DNA of 64,000 bases, taken from Solirubrobacterales bacterium (GTDB lineage Bacteria; Actinomycetota; Thermoleophilia; Solirubrobacterales; 70-9). Made by a program: the position numbers and the translations under genes. The DNA lies in the NCBI GenBank assembly GCA_036376215.1, contig DASVAT010000016.1, positions 135,766-199,765 of the forward strand, written 5' to 3'. The notes beneath the pieces are model-generated. The model saw nothing but the letters and a program-made list of their open reading frames with translations. It did not search any database and was not told the DNA's origin. Positions 28,071 to 36,834 of this stretch are shown piece by piece. The stretch's first letter is position 1, and each line of letters begins with the position of its first letter.

Positions 28071-28796
28071 GTGGCCGGAACTACGGTCAAGACGGAGGCG
28101 GTAGTGCTGCGCAGCATTCGCTACGGCGAGGCTGATCGCATCCTCCACCTCTATTCCGAGAGCCGCGGCCGGATCGGGGCCATCGCCAAGGGGGCGCGCA
28201 AGCCCCGATCCCGGTTCGGCGGCCGCCTGGAGCCGTTCTTCCGGCTCGACCTGGTCCTGCACGAAGGCCGCGGCGACCTGATGACGGTTACCGGCGCCAC
28301 CACCGTCGACGGCTACCCGCGGCTGCGGTCCTCCGGCCCGGCACTAACCGCCGGCGCCCGCGCCTGCGACGCGGTGCTGCGGCTGCTCGACGCCGCCGAG
28401 CCGAACCCGCCCGCCTACAACCTCCTCTGCCGCTACCTGGCCCTGCTCGACGACCCGGCGCAGCCCCGCGCCGCCGCCTTGGAGACGGCGCTCTCGTTCC
28501 GGATCAAGCTTGCGCTCGTCGCCGGCTTCTCGCCCGAGCTCGCCTCCTGCGCCCACTGCGGGGAGGCGGAGCACCTGGTCGGCTTCTCCGGCGCCGCCGG
28601 GGGCGTCGTCTGCAGCGGCTGCGAAGCGGGCGCCTTCCCGCTCGGCGAGGCAGCCCACGGGTTCATGGTCGAGGCCCTGGCGAAGCCGCTCAGCGAGGCT
28701 CCGGAGGCCGAACTGCAGGCACTGCGTCAGGTGGAGCGGGCGGTGGGCGAGACCCTTGAGCACCATGCGCATGTGCAGCTTCGCGCAGCCGCTTGA
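28071..28796 (+). CDS. recO: DNA repair protein RecO
   Basis: AVVLRSIRYGEADRILHLYS OB-fold N-terminus and a CxxC...CxxC zinc motif (CAHCG...CSGC). AGGAGG precedes the GTG at 28071. Confidence 0.9.
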   Translation: MAGTTVKTEAVVLRSIRYGEADRILHLYSESRGRIGAIAKGARKPRSRFGGRLEPFFRLDLVLHEGRGDLMTVTGATTVDGYPRLRSSGPALTAGARACDAVLRLLDAAEPNPPAYNLLCRYLALLDDPAQPRAAALETALSFRIKLALVAGFSPELASCAHCGEAEHLVGFSGAAGGVVCSGCEAGAFPLGEAAHGFMVEALAKPLSEAPEAELQALRQVERAVGETLEHHAHVQLRAAA

Positions 28797-28799
28797 CAG

Positions 28800-28864
28800 G
28801 GGGCGAGGGGAGGGGTTCGGCGGACAAAAGCGGGGAGGGTCCGGCGAACCCCTCCCCTCGCCCC
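28800..28864 (+). terminator. 20-bp perfect G-rich hairpin downstream of recO
   Basis: ggggcgaggggaggggttcg / 25-nt loop / cgaacccctcccctcgcccc. Confidence 0.5.
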
Positions 28865-28908
28865 GCGACAGGCGATGGTTGTGCGGCGGCCGCCCCTATG
28901 ATCGACGG

Positions 28909-29919
28909 GTGCCTGCGACCATTGCCTTCCAGGAGAGAATCTCTGCCCTTGAGGAGGAGTTCCTGGCTCCGGAGGCGACGCGGTCGTATCCGGCTCGGCG
29001 GCAGCGCGAGGAGGAGGACAGTCCTTTGCGGACTCCTTTTCAGCGGGATCGGGATCGGATCGTCCACTCGAAGTCCTTCCGGCGCCTGAAGCACAAGACC
29101 CAGGTCTTCGTCGCCCCGGAGGGCGACCATTACCGGACCCGCCTCACCCACACGCTCGAGGCCTGCGGGATCGCCCGCACCGTCGCCCGCGCGCTGCGGC
29201 TCAACGAGGATCTGACCGAGGCGATCGGGCTCGGGCACGACCTCGGCCATCCGCCCTTCGGCCACGCAGGGGAGGAGGCGCTCGACGCCGCGCTGAGGGA
29301 CCGCTGCAGCGGCGGCTTCCGCCACAACGAGCACTCGCTGCGGGTGGTCGACGTGCTCGAGCGCGAGGGCGAAGGGCTGAATCTGACCGAGCAGGTCCGC
29401 GACGGCATCCTCAACCACACCGGCCCCCGTAAGCCCGCCACCTTGGAGGGGCAGATCGTCAAGCTCGTCGACCGCGTCGCCTACATCAACCACGACATCG
29501 ACGACGCCCTGCGGGCCGGGATCCTCCACCCGGGGGACCTGCCTGCGGGGGAGATCGAGCTGCTCGGGCCGACCGGCTCGGAGCGGATCGACACCCTGGT
29601 CCGCGACATCGTCGAACACTCGGCCGGCGCCGGGGAGATCTCGCAGGGGCGCGAGGTCGGTCAGGCGATGCTGCGGCTGCGCAAGTTCATGTTCGACCGC
29701 GTCTACCTCGGCCCCGAGGCGCGCAGCGAGCAGGGCCGGGTCCAGCGCACGATGCGCGGCCTCTTCGACCATTACCTCGAGCACCCGGAGGAGGCCCCGA
29801 GCCGCGACCCCGGGGCCGGCGACTGCCAGCGGGTCGCCGACTACATCGCCGGGATGACCGACCGCTTCTGCATCGCCAAGTTCACCGAGCTGACCGTGCC
29901 GGAAGAGGCGCGGTTCTGA
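28909..29919 (+). CDS. dgt: dGTP triphosphohydrolase-like HD-domain protein
   Basis: FQRDRDRIVHSKSFRRL, HYRTRLTHTLE, and GHDLGHPPFGH. Located upstream of dnaG. Confidence 0.9.
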   Translation: MPATIAFQERISALEEEFLAPEATRSYPARRQREEEDSPLRTPFQRDRDRIVHSKSFRRLKHKTQVFVAPEGDHYRTRLTHTLEACGIARTVARALRLNEDLTEAIGLGHDLGHPPFGHAGEEALDAALRDRCSGGFRHNEHSLRVVDVLEREGEGLNLTEQVRDGILNHTGPRKPATLEGQIVKLVDRVAYINHDIDDALRAGILHPGDLPAGEIELLGPTGSERIDTLVRDIVEHSAGAGEISQGREVGQAMLRLRKFMFDRVYLGPEARSEQGRVQRTMRGLFDHYLEHPEEAPSRDPGAGDCQRVADYIAGMTDRFCIAKFTELTVPEEARF

Positions 29920-31712
29920 TGGCCCTGATCTCCCCCGACAGCGTCGAGCGGGTCAAGCAGGCGGCCGACATCGTCGAGGTCGTCTCCGCCCACACCGACC
30001 TGCGCCGACAGGGCGCCCGCTACGTCGGCCTCTGTCCGTTCCACGACGAGCGGACGCCGTCCTTCTCTGTCGAGCCGCAGGAAAAGCTCTACCACTGCTT
30101 CGGCTGCGGGGTCGGCGGCGACGTGATCAAGTTCGTCGAGGAAAAGGACGGGCTCAACTTCGCCGAGGCGGTCGAGCTGCTCGCCGACCGCTACGGGGTC
30201 GAGATCGAGCGCGAGCAGGAGGATCCGCGCGCCGAGGCCAAACGCCAGCGCCGCCGCCGCCTCGAGGAGCTGCTCGACCGCGCCGCCGCCTTCTACTCCA
30301 GCTACCTCTGGGAGTCGGAGGAGGCCGGCAAGGCGCGCGACTACCTCGCCCAGCGTGGGCTGCGCGAAGAGGTGCTGCGCGGCTTCGGCGTCGGCTACGC
30401 GCCGAGCGCCTGGGACAAACTGCTGGTTCGCGGCCAGCGGGCCGGCTTCAGCGTCGAGGAGCTGCGCGGCGTCGGCCTCGTCCAGCGCGGGCGCAGCGGC
30501 GGCGAGTACGACCGCTTCCGCGAGCGGATCATGTTCCCGATCCGGGACCGCCGCGGCCGCGTGCTCGGCTTCGGCGGCCGGGCGATGCGCCCCGACCAAG
30601 GGGCCAAGTACGTGAACACGGCCGAGACCGAGTTCTTCCACAAGAGCCAGATCCTCTACGGCGTCGACCGGGCCAAAACGGCGATCGCCAAAGCCGGCCG
30701 GGCCGTCGTCGTCGAGGGCTACACCGACGTCCTCGCCCTGCACCAGGCCGGGATCGAGGAGGCGGTGGGGGTGATGGGAACGGCGATCACCGGCGAGCAG
30801 GTTGCGGCGCTCTCGGGGATGGTCGACGAGGTCGTCCTCGCCCTCGACGCCGACTCGGCCGGCCAGGAGGCGATGCTGCGCGCCCAGAGCGTCGCCGCCG
30901 GGCGGCGGATGCGGCTGCGGGTGGCGGCGATGCCCGCCGGGGAGGACCCGGCGGAGATGATGGCGGCGGCGGAGGGGGCCGAGCGGTTTCGCGAGTTGCT
31001 GCACGGCGCCGAGGAGCTGGTCGCCTTCCAGGTCGGGCTGGTGCTCGGCCGCACCGACGTCGGCTCGCCCGTCGAGCGCGACCGGGCGCTCGCCGAGGTC
31101 GCCCCGGTGCTGGCGGGGATGGGGGAGACGGCGGGGCGGGAAGACCTCGTCCGGCGGGTCGCCGAGCGGCTCGACCTCGAGCCGGCGATGGTGATGGGCC
31201 GGGTAGTCGCCGCGACCCCGGCCAGCGGGGGCAGCGAGCCGGCGCCGCCGCAGGAACCGCCTCCGGGCTCCAGGCCGGCGCAGCCGCGGCGGCAGGGCGA
31301 GCTGACCTCGCGCGAACGGCGGGAGCGGTCGTTGCTGGCGATGTGCATCGCGATGCCGAACGAGGGCAGGGAGTACCTGGCGCGGCTCGGCGAGGCCCAC
31401 CTCTCGGGGACCGGGCAACGCGTCGCCGCCTGGCTGCGCGAGCATCCCGAGGACCCCGCCTCCAACCTCCCGCACGACGACGACGAGCTCGCCGGTCTGA
31501 TCGCCGAACTGGTGATCATGTCCCGCGAAGAGCCCGCCTCCCGCGAAGCGATGGAGCTGAACTACCTCCTGCTCGAGCAGCGGCGTTTGGAGGACGAAAT
31601 CGCCGCCGCCGGCGAGCGCGGCGACTACGAGCGCCGCGCTGCCCTGAGCCGCGAACGGGCGGCGCTGGTCCAGCGGATCGCGCATGCGGAGCGCCCGGCA
31701 GGGAGCGTTTAG
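29919..31712 (+). CDS. dnaG: DNA primase
   Basis: Zinc finger CPFHDERTPSFSV...YHCFGCG, and TOPRIM EGYTDVLALHQAG / LALDADSAG. Confidence 0.95.
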   Translation: MALISPDSVERVKQAADIVEVVSAHTDLRRQGARYVGLCPFHDERTPSFSVEPQEKLYHCFGCGVGGDVIKFVEEKDGLNFAEAVELLADRYGVEIEREQEDPRAEAKRQRRRRLEELLDRAAAFYSSYLWESEEAGKARDYLAQRGLREEVLRGFGVGYAPSAWDKLLVRGQRAGFSVEELRGVGLVQRGRSGGEYDRFRERIMFPIRDRRGRVLGFGGRAMRPDQGAKYVNTAETEFFHKSQILYGVDRAKTAIAKAGRAVVVEGYTDVLALHQAGIEEAVGVMGTAITGEQVAALSGMVDEVVLALDADSAGQEAMLRAQSVAAGRRMRLRVAAMPAGEDPAEMMAAAEGAERFRELLHGAEELVAFQVGLVLGRTDVGSPVERDRALAEVAPVLAGMGETAGREDLVRRVAERLDLEPAMVMGRVVAATPASGGSEPAPPQEPPPGSRPAQPRRQGELTSRERRERSLLAMCIAMPNEGREYLARLGEAHLSGTGQRVAAWLREHPEDPASNLPHDDDELAGLIAELVIMSREEPASREAMELNYLLLEQRRLEDEIAAAGERGDYERRAALSRERAALVQRIAHAERPAGSV

Positions 31713-31753
31713 CTCCGCATCTTTCTGTCTGCGCCGTCTGAGATACTTCTGGT

Positions 31754-32449
31754 GTGGACAAAGAGTTGCTCGAAGAGTGCCTGGGGGAGGGCCTATCGCT
31801 CGAAGCGATCGGCAAGCGCGTCGGCAAGCACGAATCGACGGTCAGCTACTGGATGAAGAAGTACGATTTGGGGGCGACGAAGGCCGAGAAGCATGCTGCG
31901 AAGGGGGCGCCTCCTAAAGAGGAGATGGAACGGCTCCTAGGAGCTGGGCTGTCGCTCCGAGAAATCGCCGACCGACTGGATCGTAGCCTCGCGACGATTC
32001 GCCATTGGATGCGCAGGTACGAGTTGAAGCCATCGCCTCGTCGCAAGCGGGGCGATGAGCATGGGCCACGGGAAACGTTGTCGAACTGCCGACAGCACGG
32101 GGAGGCACCATTTGTGCGGGAGGGGAGCGGCTACTACCGATGCAAGCGATGTCGAGTTGAAGCGACCGTGCGAAGACGCCATCGCTTAAAGCGAATCCTC
32201 GTTGAAGAGGCAGGAGGACAATGCATTCTCTGTGGCTACTCTCGTTGCGTGAGAGCGCTCGAGTTTCATCACTTGGACCCGGAGAAAAAGGAGTTCGAGC
32301 TCAGCTATCGCGGTTGCACCCGCTCGCTTGCCAGCTTGCGGGCGGAGGCTGGCAAGTGCGCACTTCTTTGTTCTAACTGCCACGCGGAGGTGGAGGCAGG
32401 AATCAGCTCGGTGCCGCTAAATTCTGTTCCAGACGCTGTTCCGGGGTAG
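31754..32449 (+). CDS. Tandem-HTH plus zinc-ribbon plus HNH endonuclease-like protein (probable selfish/homing element)
   Basis: Two HTH repeats (GLSLEAIGKRVGKHESTVSYWMKKY and GLSLREIADRLDRSLATIRHWMRRY), then CILCGY...LEFHHLDPEKKEF...KCALLCSNCHAEVE (HNH). GC is visibly lower than the flanks. Confidence 0.75.
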   Translation: MDKELLEECLGEGLSLEAIGKRVGKHESTVSYWMKKYDLGATKAEKHAAKGAPPKEEMERLLGAGLSLREIADRLDRSLATIRHWMRRYELKPSPRRKRGDEHGPRETLSNCRQHGEAPFVREGSGYYRCKRCRVEATVRRRHRLKRILVEEAGGQCILCGYSRCVRALEFHHLDPEKKEFELSYRGCTRSLASLRAEAGKCALLCSNCHAEVEAGISSVPLNSVPDAVPG

Positions 32450-32453
32450 CTCA
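32440..32453 (+). repeat. 14-nt direct duplicate of the tRNA-Asn 5' end (tccggggtagctca)
   Basis: Identical to 32469-32482. It overlaps the stop codon of the HNH ORF. Confidence 0.85.
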
Positions 32454-32468
32454 CCTGGCATAGCACGG

Positions 32469-32540
32469 TCCGGGGTAGCTCAATGGAAGAGCGAGCGGCT
32501 GTTAACCGCTAGGTTGTGGGTTCGAGTCCCACCCCCGGAG
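32469..32540 (+). tRNA. tRNA-Asn (GTT)
   Basis: Acceptor tccgggg/ccccgga, anticodon loop ctGTTaa, T-arm gtggg-ttcgagt-cccac. CCA is not encoded. Confidence 0.9.
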
Positions 32541-32544
32541 CTTC

Positions 32545-33756
32545 CTAAGCGGCAGCGAGTTTCTTCAGCGCCAGCCGCTCGACCAACTCCGCGCCTCGCG
32601 CGGAACCGTCGTTCGCCCGCCCCCAGGCGGCAATCTCCTCAGCCTTGGCGGTGTAGCTCGGCTCGTGCAGCAGCCGCCGCAGCGCCCAGCGCAGCGGGGC
32701 CGGGCGGCAGAGGCGCCAGGGAAGGGAGAGGCCGGCGCCGGCCCAGTCGACGCGCATCGCGGTCTCGCTCATGTCGCCGATGATCGGGCAGACGAGGACG
32801 GGGGTGCCGGCGCCGAGGGCGCGGGCGACGGTGCCGTGGCCGCCGTGGGAGACGATCGCCGACGCCGCCGGCATCAGCTGGCTGTAGCTGAGCCATTCGA
32901 CCAGCTTCGCGTTGGCGGGAACCTCGATCGGCCGCTGCGGCGCGACCCGGTTGGTCGTCGCGACGACGCGGACCGGCTCGTCCGCCAGCGCCGCCAGCGC
33001 CGTGCGGACGAGGTGGTTGTCGGAGTCGTGCGCGGTGCTGGGGGCGACGAGGACGAGCGGGTCCTCGCCGGGCGGCAGCTCGATCTCGGGATGCGGCACC
33101 TCGAAGGTCATCGGGCCGGTGATCTCGACCCCGGCGGGCCAGCGCCGCGGGTACTCGAGCTGCGGGTAGGTGGCGACCAGCGCCAGGTCGGGGCTGATGC
33201 CGCCGTGGAAGCGGTCGATCGCCGGCAGCCCGAGGCGGCCGCGCTGGACGTTCAGGTCCCGGCGGCCCTGATCGAGCCCGACCCGCAGCGCCCGATCGTG
33301 GCCGCTGCGCCAGAGCGCGCGCCCGAGCCGGGTGCGAGGCGGCTGCAGACCGATCGCGAAGAAGGGCAGGCCCGGCTCGACCACCGGGTAGATGTGGGGG
33401 ATCAGCGTCGCCAGCGGGATCCCTGCCGCCTCGGCCGCGAGCGTCGGGGCAAGGGTGAGGATGTCGCTGACCACGGCGTGCGGTTCGAAGTCCCGCAGCA
33501 GCGGCCGCAGCGCGAGCGCCGCCTCGGCCGCGTGCTGGCCCCCCTCGGACTCCGGGTCCGGCGGCGGGAACATCCGGTATTCCTCCGCCCCGGCGAATCC
33601 CAGTCCCTCGCCCTCGACCGCCCCCCGGCGCTCCTCCCAGGTCTCGATTACGACCTCGTGGCCGCGACCGGCCAGCGCCTTGCCCAGCGCAATTGCGGGG
33701 AAGACGTGGCCGGCGTCGCCAAACGCTCCGACCAGGATGCGCAGGCGCTCGCTCAC
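32545..33756 (-). CDS. GT1-family UDP-glycosyltransferase (MGT/macrolide glycosyltransferase-like)
   Basis: N-terminal GDAGHVFP, and the C-terminal donor-binding signature HGGHGTVARALGAGTPVLVCPIIGD. Confidence 0.8.
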   Translation of the reverse strand: MSERLRILVGAFGDAGHVFPAIALGKALAGRGHEVVIETWEERRGAVEGEGLGFAGAEEYRMFPPPDPESEGGQHAAEAALALRPLLRDFEPHAVVSDILTLAPTLAAEAAGIPLATLIPHIYPVVEPGLPFFAIGLQPPRTRLGRALWRSGHDRALRVGLDQGRRDLNVQRGRLGLPAIDRFHGGISPDLALVATYPQLEYPRRWPAGVEITGPMTFEVPHPEIELPPGEDPLVLVAPSTAHDSDNHLVRTALAALADEPVRVVATTNRVAPQRPIEVPANAKLVEWLSYSQLMPAASAIVSHGGHGTVARALGAGTPVLVCPIIGDMSETAMRVDWAGAGLSLPWRLCRPAPLRWALRRLLHEPSYTAKAEEIAAWGRANDGSARGAELVERLALKKLAAA

Positions 33757-33766
33757 GCCAGGCCCG

Positions 33767-34498
33767 TCAGGGGGTATCTAGACCCTCGCCGGGGCGGGTG
33801 AAGACGATCTCCGGCACGTGGCAGTTGCGCGAGGTGCGGAGCAGGAAACGGACCGCCTCGCCGAGGTCCTCGGGGCGGATCATCTCCTCCGGCGGGATCT
33901 GGCCCTGGACGAACTCGGTCATCGGGGTCTCGACGAAGCCCGGGGCCAGCGCCGTGCACTGGATCCCGGCGCCGCCCGTCTCCCGGTGGGTCGACTGGGT
34001 GAAGTTGATCACCGCGGCCTTGGTCGCGGCGTAGATCGAGAGCCAGGCCTGGCCGCCCTTGCCGGCGATCGAGGCGGTGTTGACGATCAGCGCCTTGCCG
34101 TGCTCACCGCCGGCCTGGCGCAGCATCGGCAGCCCCTCGCGGGTGCCGAGGATCAGCGCTCGCAGGTTCACGGCCAGCTGCATGTCGAGGTGCTTGGTCT
34201 GGATCTCCTCCATCGGCGATCCGATCCCCACCCCGGCGTTGTTGACGAGGACGTCGAGGCGGCCGTACTTCTGGCGGTGGGCGGCGAAGATCGCGACGAC
34301 GTGGTCCTCCTCGGCCATGTTGGCCGGGATCGCCTCGACCTCGAAGCCCTCGCCGCGCAGCCCCTCGGCGGCCTCCTCGAGCTTCTCCGGGCGGCGGGCG
34401 GAGACGGTCAGCGCGTAGCCCTCCTGGCCGAGCGTCTTTGCGATCGCGAGGCCGATCCCGCTCGAAGCTCCGGTCACAAGTGCAGCCCGCTCAGCCAT
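33767..34498 (-). CDS. SDR-family oxidoreductase
   Basis: TGASSGIG, NNAG, and YAATKAA. I chose the internal ATG with AAGGAG 6 nt upstream; the 5' extension of the listed ORF is shadow sequence. Confidence 0.85.
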   Translation of the reverse strand: MAERAALVTGASSGIGLAIAKTLGQEGYALTVSARRPEKLEEAAEGLRGEGFEVEAIPANMAEEDHVVAIFAAHRQKYGRLDVLVNNAGVGIGSPMEEIQTKHLDMQLAVNLRALILGTREGLPMLRQAGGEHGKALIVNTASIAGKGGQAWLSIYAATKAAVINFTQSTHRETGGAGIQCTALAPGFVETPMTEFVQGQIPPEEMIRPEDLGEAVRFLLRTSRNCHVPEIVFTRPGEGLDTP

Positions 34499-34547
34499 CT
34501 CCATCTCCTTCTCGTCGAGAACCCCGGCCACCCTATCTCTCCATAAC

Positions 34548-35633
34548 ATGCCGCCGATGCGCGCCCCCCGCCTCGCTCCAGCGCTGCTCTGCCTGCTCGC
34601 GGCGGGGTCCCTCCTCGCCGGTTGCGGCGGCTCGGAGGGGGACGAGTCGACGGGGTCGACGGTCGCCGGCGCCGAGAGCCGCCCGGCGCCGCCGGCGTCG
34701 CGGTTTCCCAACGCCCAGGGCCGGACCCTGCGACAGGTGCTGAAGGCCGCCGACGGCCCCGCCGAACTGGTCGTCTCGCCCGCCGCCGAAGTCTTCTACC
34801 CGGGGGTCAACCGCTATCCCTTCGGCGTCACCGATCGCGACGCCGGCCCCGTCGACGACGCCGAAGTCGCCCTCTACTTCGCCAAGGTCCCGGAGGTCGA
34901 GACGGGGGCCAAGTCGAAATCCGGCAACCGCGGCCAGGCGGCCAAAGCCCAGGAACAGGCGCTCGACCGGCCGGCGGTGGGCCCCTTCCCCGTGGCAATC
35001 GAAACCCTCGCGACCGAGCCCGGGTTCGTCTCGGAGACCACCGCCGAAGACGCCGAGGCAGCCCGGGTCGTCTACTCGACCGGCCTCGACCTGCCGAGCG
35101 AGGGGGAGTGGCGGATCGCCGCGATCCTCGCCGAAGACGGCGAACTGAAAGGGGCGTCGCTGCCGAGCGCGGTGGTGGGGGAGTTCCACCGCATTCCGCG
35201 GCCCGGTGAGGAGGCCCCGCGGATCCACACCCCGACCGCGCAGGACGTCGGGGGTGATCTGTCGAAGATCACGACTCGCATCCCCTCCGACACCCAGAAC
35301 GAGGTCGATTACGCGCAAGCGCTGGGAAAAGAACCGATCGTGCTCTTGTTTGCGACCCCGCAGTTCTGCCAGAGTCGGGTCTGCGGGCCCGTCGTCGACG
35401 TGGCGGAGCAGGTCAAGAGCGAATACGGAGACCAGGCAGCCTTCATCCACATGGAGATCTACAACGACAACGACCCCGCCCTCGGCGTGCGGCCGCAGGT
35501 GCGGGCCTTCCACCTGCCGAGCGAGCCCTATCTGTTCACGATCGACCGCCGCGGTGTCGTCCGGGACGCAATTGAGGGAGCATTCGGGCTCGAGCTGATG
35601 CACGAAGCAGTCGACAAGGCGATCGCACCATGA
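34548..35633 (+). CDS. Lipoprotein with C-terminal thioredoxin-fold (TlpA/redoxin-like) domain
   Basis: Lipobox LLAGCGG. The C-terminal segment VLLFATPQFCQSRVCGP carries a CxxxxC pair in a redoxin-like context. Confidence 0.6.
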   Translation: MPPMRAPRLAPALLCLLAAGSLLAGCGGSEGDESTGSTVAGAESRPAPPASRFPNAQGRTLRQVLKAADGPAELVVSPAAEVFYPGVNRYPFGVTDRDAGPVDDAEVALYFAKVPEVETGAKSKSGNRGQAAKAQEQALDRPAVGPFPVAIETLATEPGFVSETTAEDAEAARVVYSTGLDLPSEGEWRIAAILAEDGELKGASLPSAVVGEFHRIPRPGEEAPRIHTPTAQDVGGDLSKITTRIPSDTQNEVDYAQALGKEPIVLLFATPQFCQSRVCGPVVDVAEQVKSEYGDQAAFIHMEIYNDNDPALGVRPQVRAFHLPSEPYLFTIDRRGVVRDAIEGAFGLELMHEAVDKAIAP

Positions 35634-35995
35634 ACGACAAAGCCGCCACCGAGGAGGAGCTCCTGCAGTCCTTCGCCGAGGAGGCGAAGCGGCGCTGCGA
35701 CGTGATCTCCGCCGGCCTCGCCACCGCCACCACCGACTTCGAGACGATGCGCGCCGAAGCGCACGCGCTGAAGGGAACCGCCAGCGTCGTCGGCCTCCGC
35801 CGCCTCGCCGAGCTCGCCGGGCTGATGGAGTCCGACCTCGCCGAAGCGAAGAAGACCGGCACGATCCGCGGCGGCCGCGACCACCAGATCGCCGACGCCG
35901 CCAAGGCCCTCGCCGAGGGCGCCGCCGCCGCGGCCAGGGGCGAAGAAGAGCCGCCGGACGTCGGCCGCTCACTCGCCCAGCTCTTCAGCGCCTGA
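35630..35995 (+). CDS. Stand-alone Hpt (histidine phosphotransfer) domain protein
   Basis: EAHALKGTASVVGLRRLAELAG matches the HxLKG(S/T)(A/S)xxxG Hpt signature, with the His codon at 35762-35764. ATGA overlap with the upstream gene. Confidence 0.65.
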   Translation: MNDKAATEEELLQSFAEEAKRRCDVISAGLATATTDFETMRAEAHALKGTASVVGLRRLAELAGLMESDLAEAKKTGTIRGGRDHQIADAAKALAEGAAAAARGEEEPPDVGRSLAQLFSA

Positions 35996-36024
35996 GCCCC
36001 GGCGTCGCGGTACGCTCGGCCCGC

Positions 36025-36098
<74 letters not shown>

Positions 36099-36101
36099 TC
36101 T

Positions 36102-36806
36102 CTACGCCGTGTTCCCGATCTCGAAGGTCCCGTCGCCGCCGGGAATGGGAATCCAGTGGATGTCCCCGTCGAGCGAATATTCGAGCGACGCGCGCCAGCG
36201 GAAGTGGGCCGATTCGGAATACGCGAAGAGCCAGAACCGCAGAGGGTGGTGCGGGCTGGGCGAGAAATCGACGGCTCCTACCGGCTGGTAGAGCTCGTTG
36301 AAGAATTCGAACCGGGGCGGCGACTCGTCGAAATCGATTCGTGCGTACTGGTCTTCGGGCGGCCCCCCTCCGCCATTCGGGCAGAGCGAGTAGGTGTTTC
36401 CCTGAAGCGGGGGAAGCTCTTCGGCGCTCGAGAGATGGAGGCCCTCGACCAGCAACGTGCTGTCAGAGTCGTTGATCACCTCCACCCGGGCAACCACCTG
36501 GCCGGTGGGTAGACCCCCGTGTGCCTGGAACCACCGGCGTCTCCTGATCAGCTCGGGTTGGGTGCAGGTGCCGGCCGGGGGAGGATCTGAGCTCACTCTT
36601 CCGGGCAGCGTCCACAGATCGCTGACCAGCGGTTCCTGGACGAGCCGCAGGTGGACCGCGTCATCGGCCTCTGCCGACCCGCCGCCCACGTCCACGGCGA
36701 AGGCCAGGACCGCGACTATGGCGACCACCACCGCGGCGATTGCCGACACTGCGGCTGCGGAGATCTTCGGTTTTGGCGGGCGCCTGCTCGAAACTTCTCT
36801 GGTCAC
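36102..36806 (-). CDS. Hypothetical membrane-anchored protein
   Basis: One N-terminal TM (AAVSAIAAVVVAIVAVLAFAV), no recognised domain, and GC lower than neighbours. The start is uncertain (36806 GTG or 36887). Confidence 0.5.
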   Translation of the reverse strand: MTREVSSRRPPKPKISAAAVSAIAAVVVAIVAVLAFAVDVGGGSAEADDAVHLRLVQEPLVSDLWTLPGRVSSDPPPAGTCTQPELIRRRRWFQAHGGLPTGQVVARVEVINDSDSTLLVEGLHLSSAEELPPLQGNTYSLCPNGGGGPPEDQYARIDFDESPPRFEFFNELYQPVGAVDFSPSPHHPLRFWLFAYSESAHFRWRASLEYSLDGDIHWIPIPGGDGTFEIGNTA

Positions 36807-36834
36807 TCGATCGAACTCTGACTGATCGGCTGGA

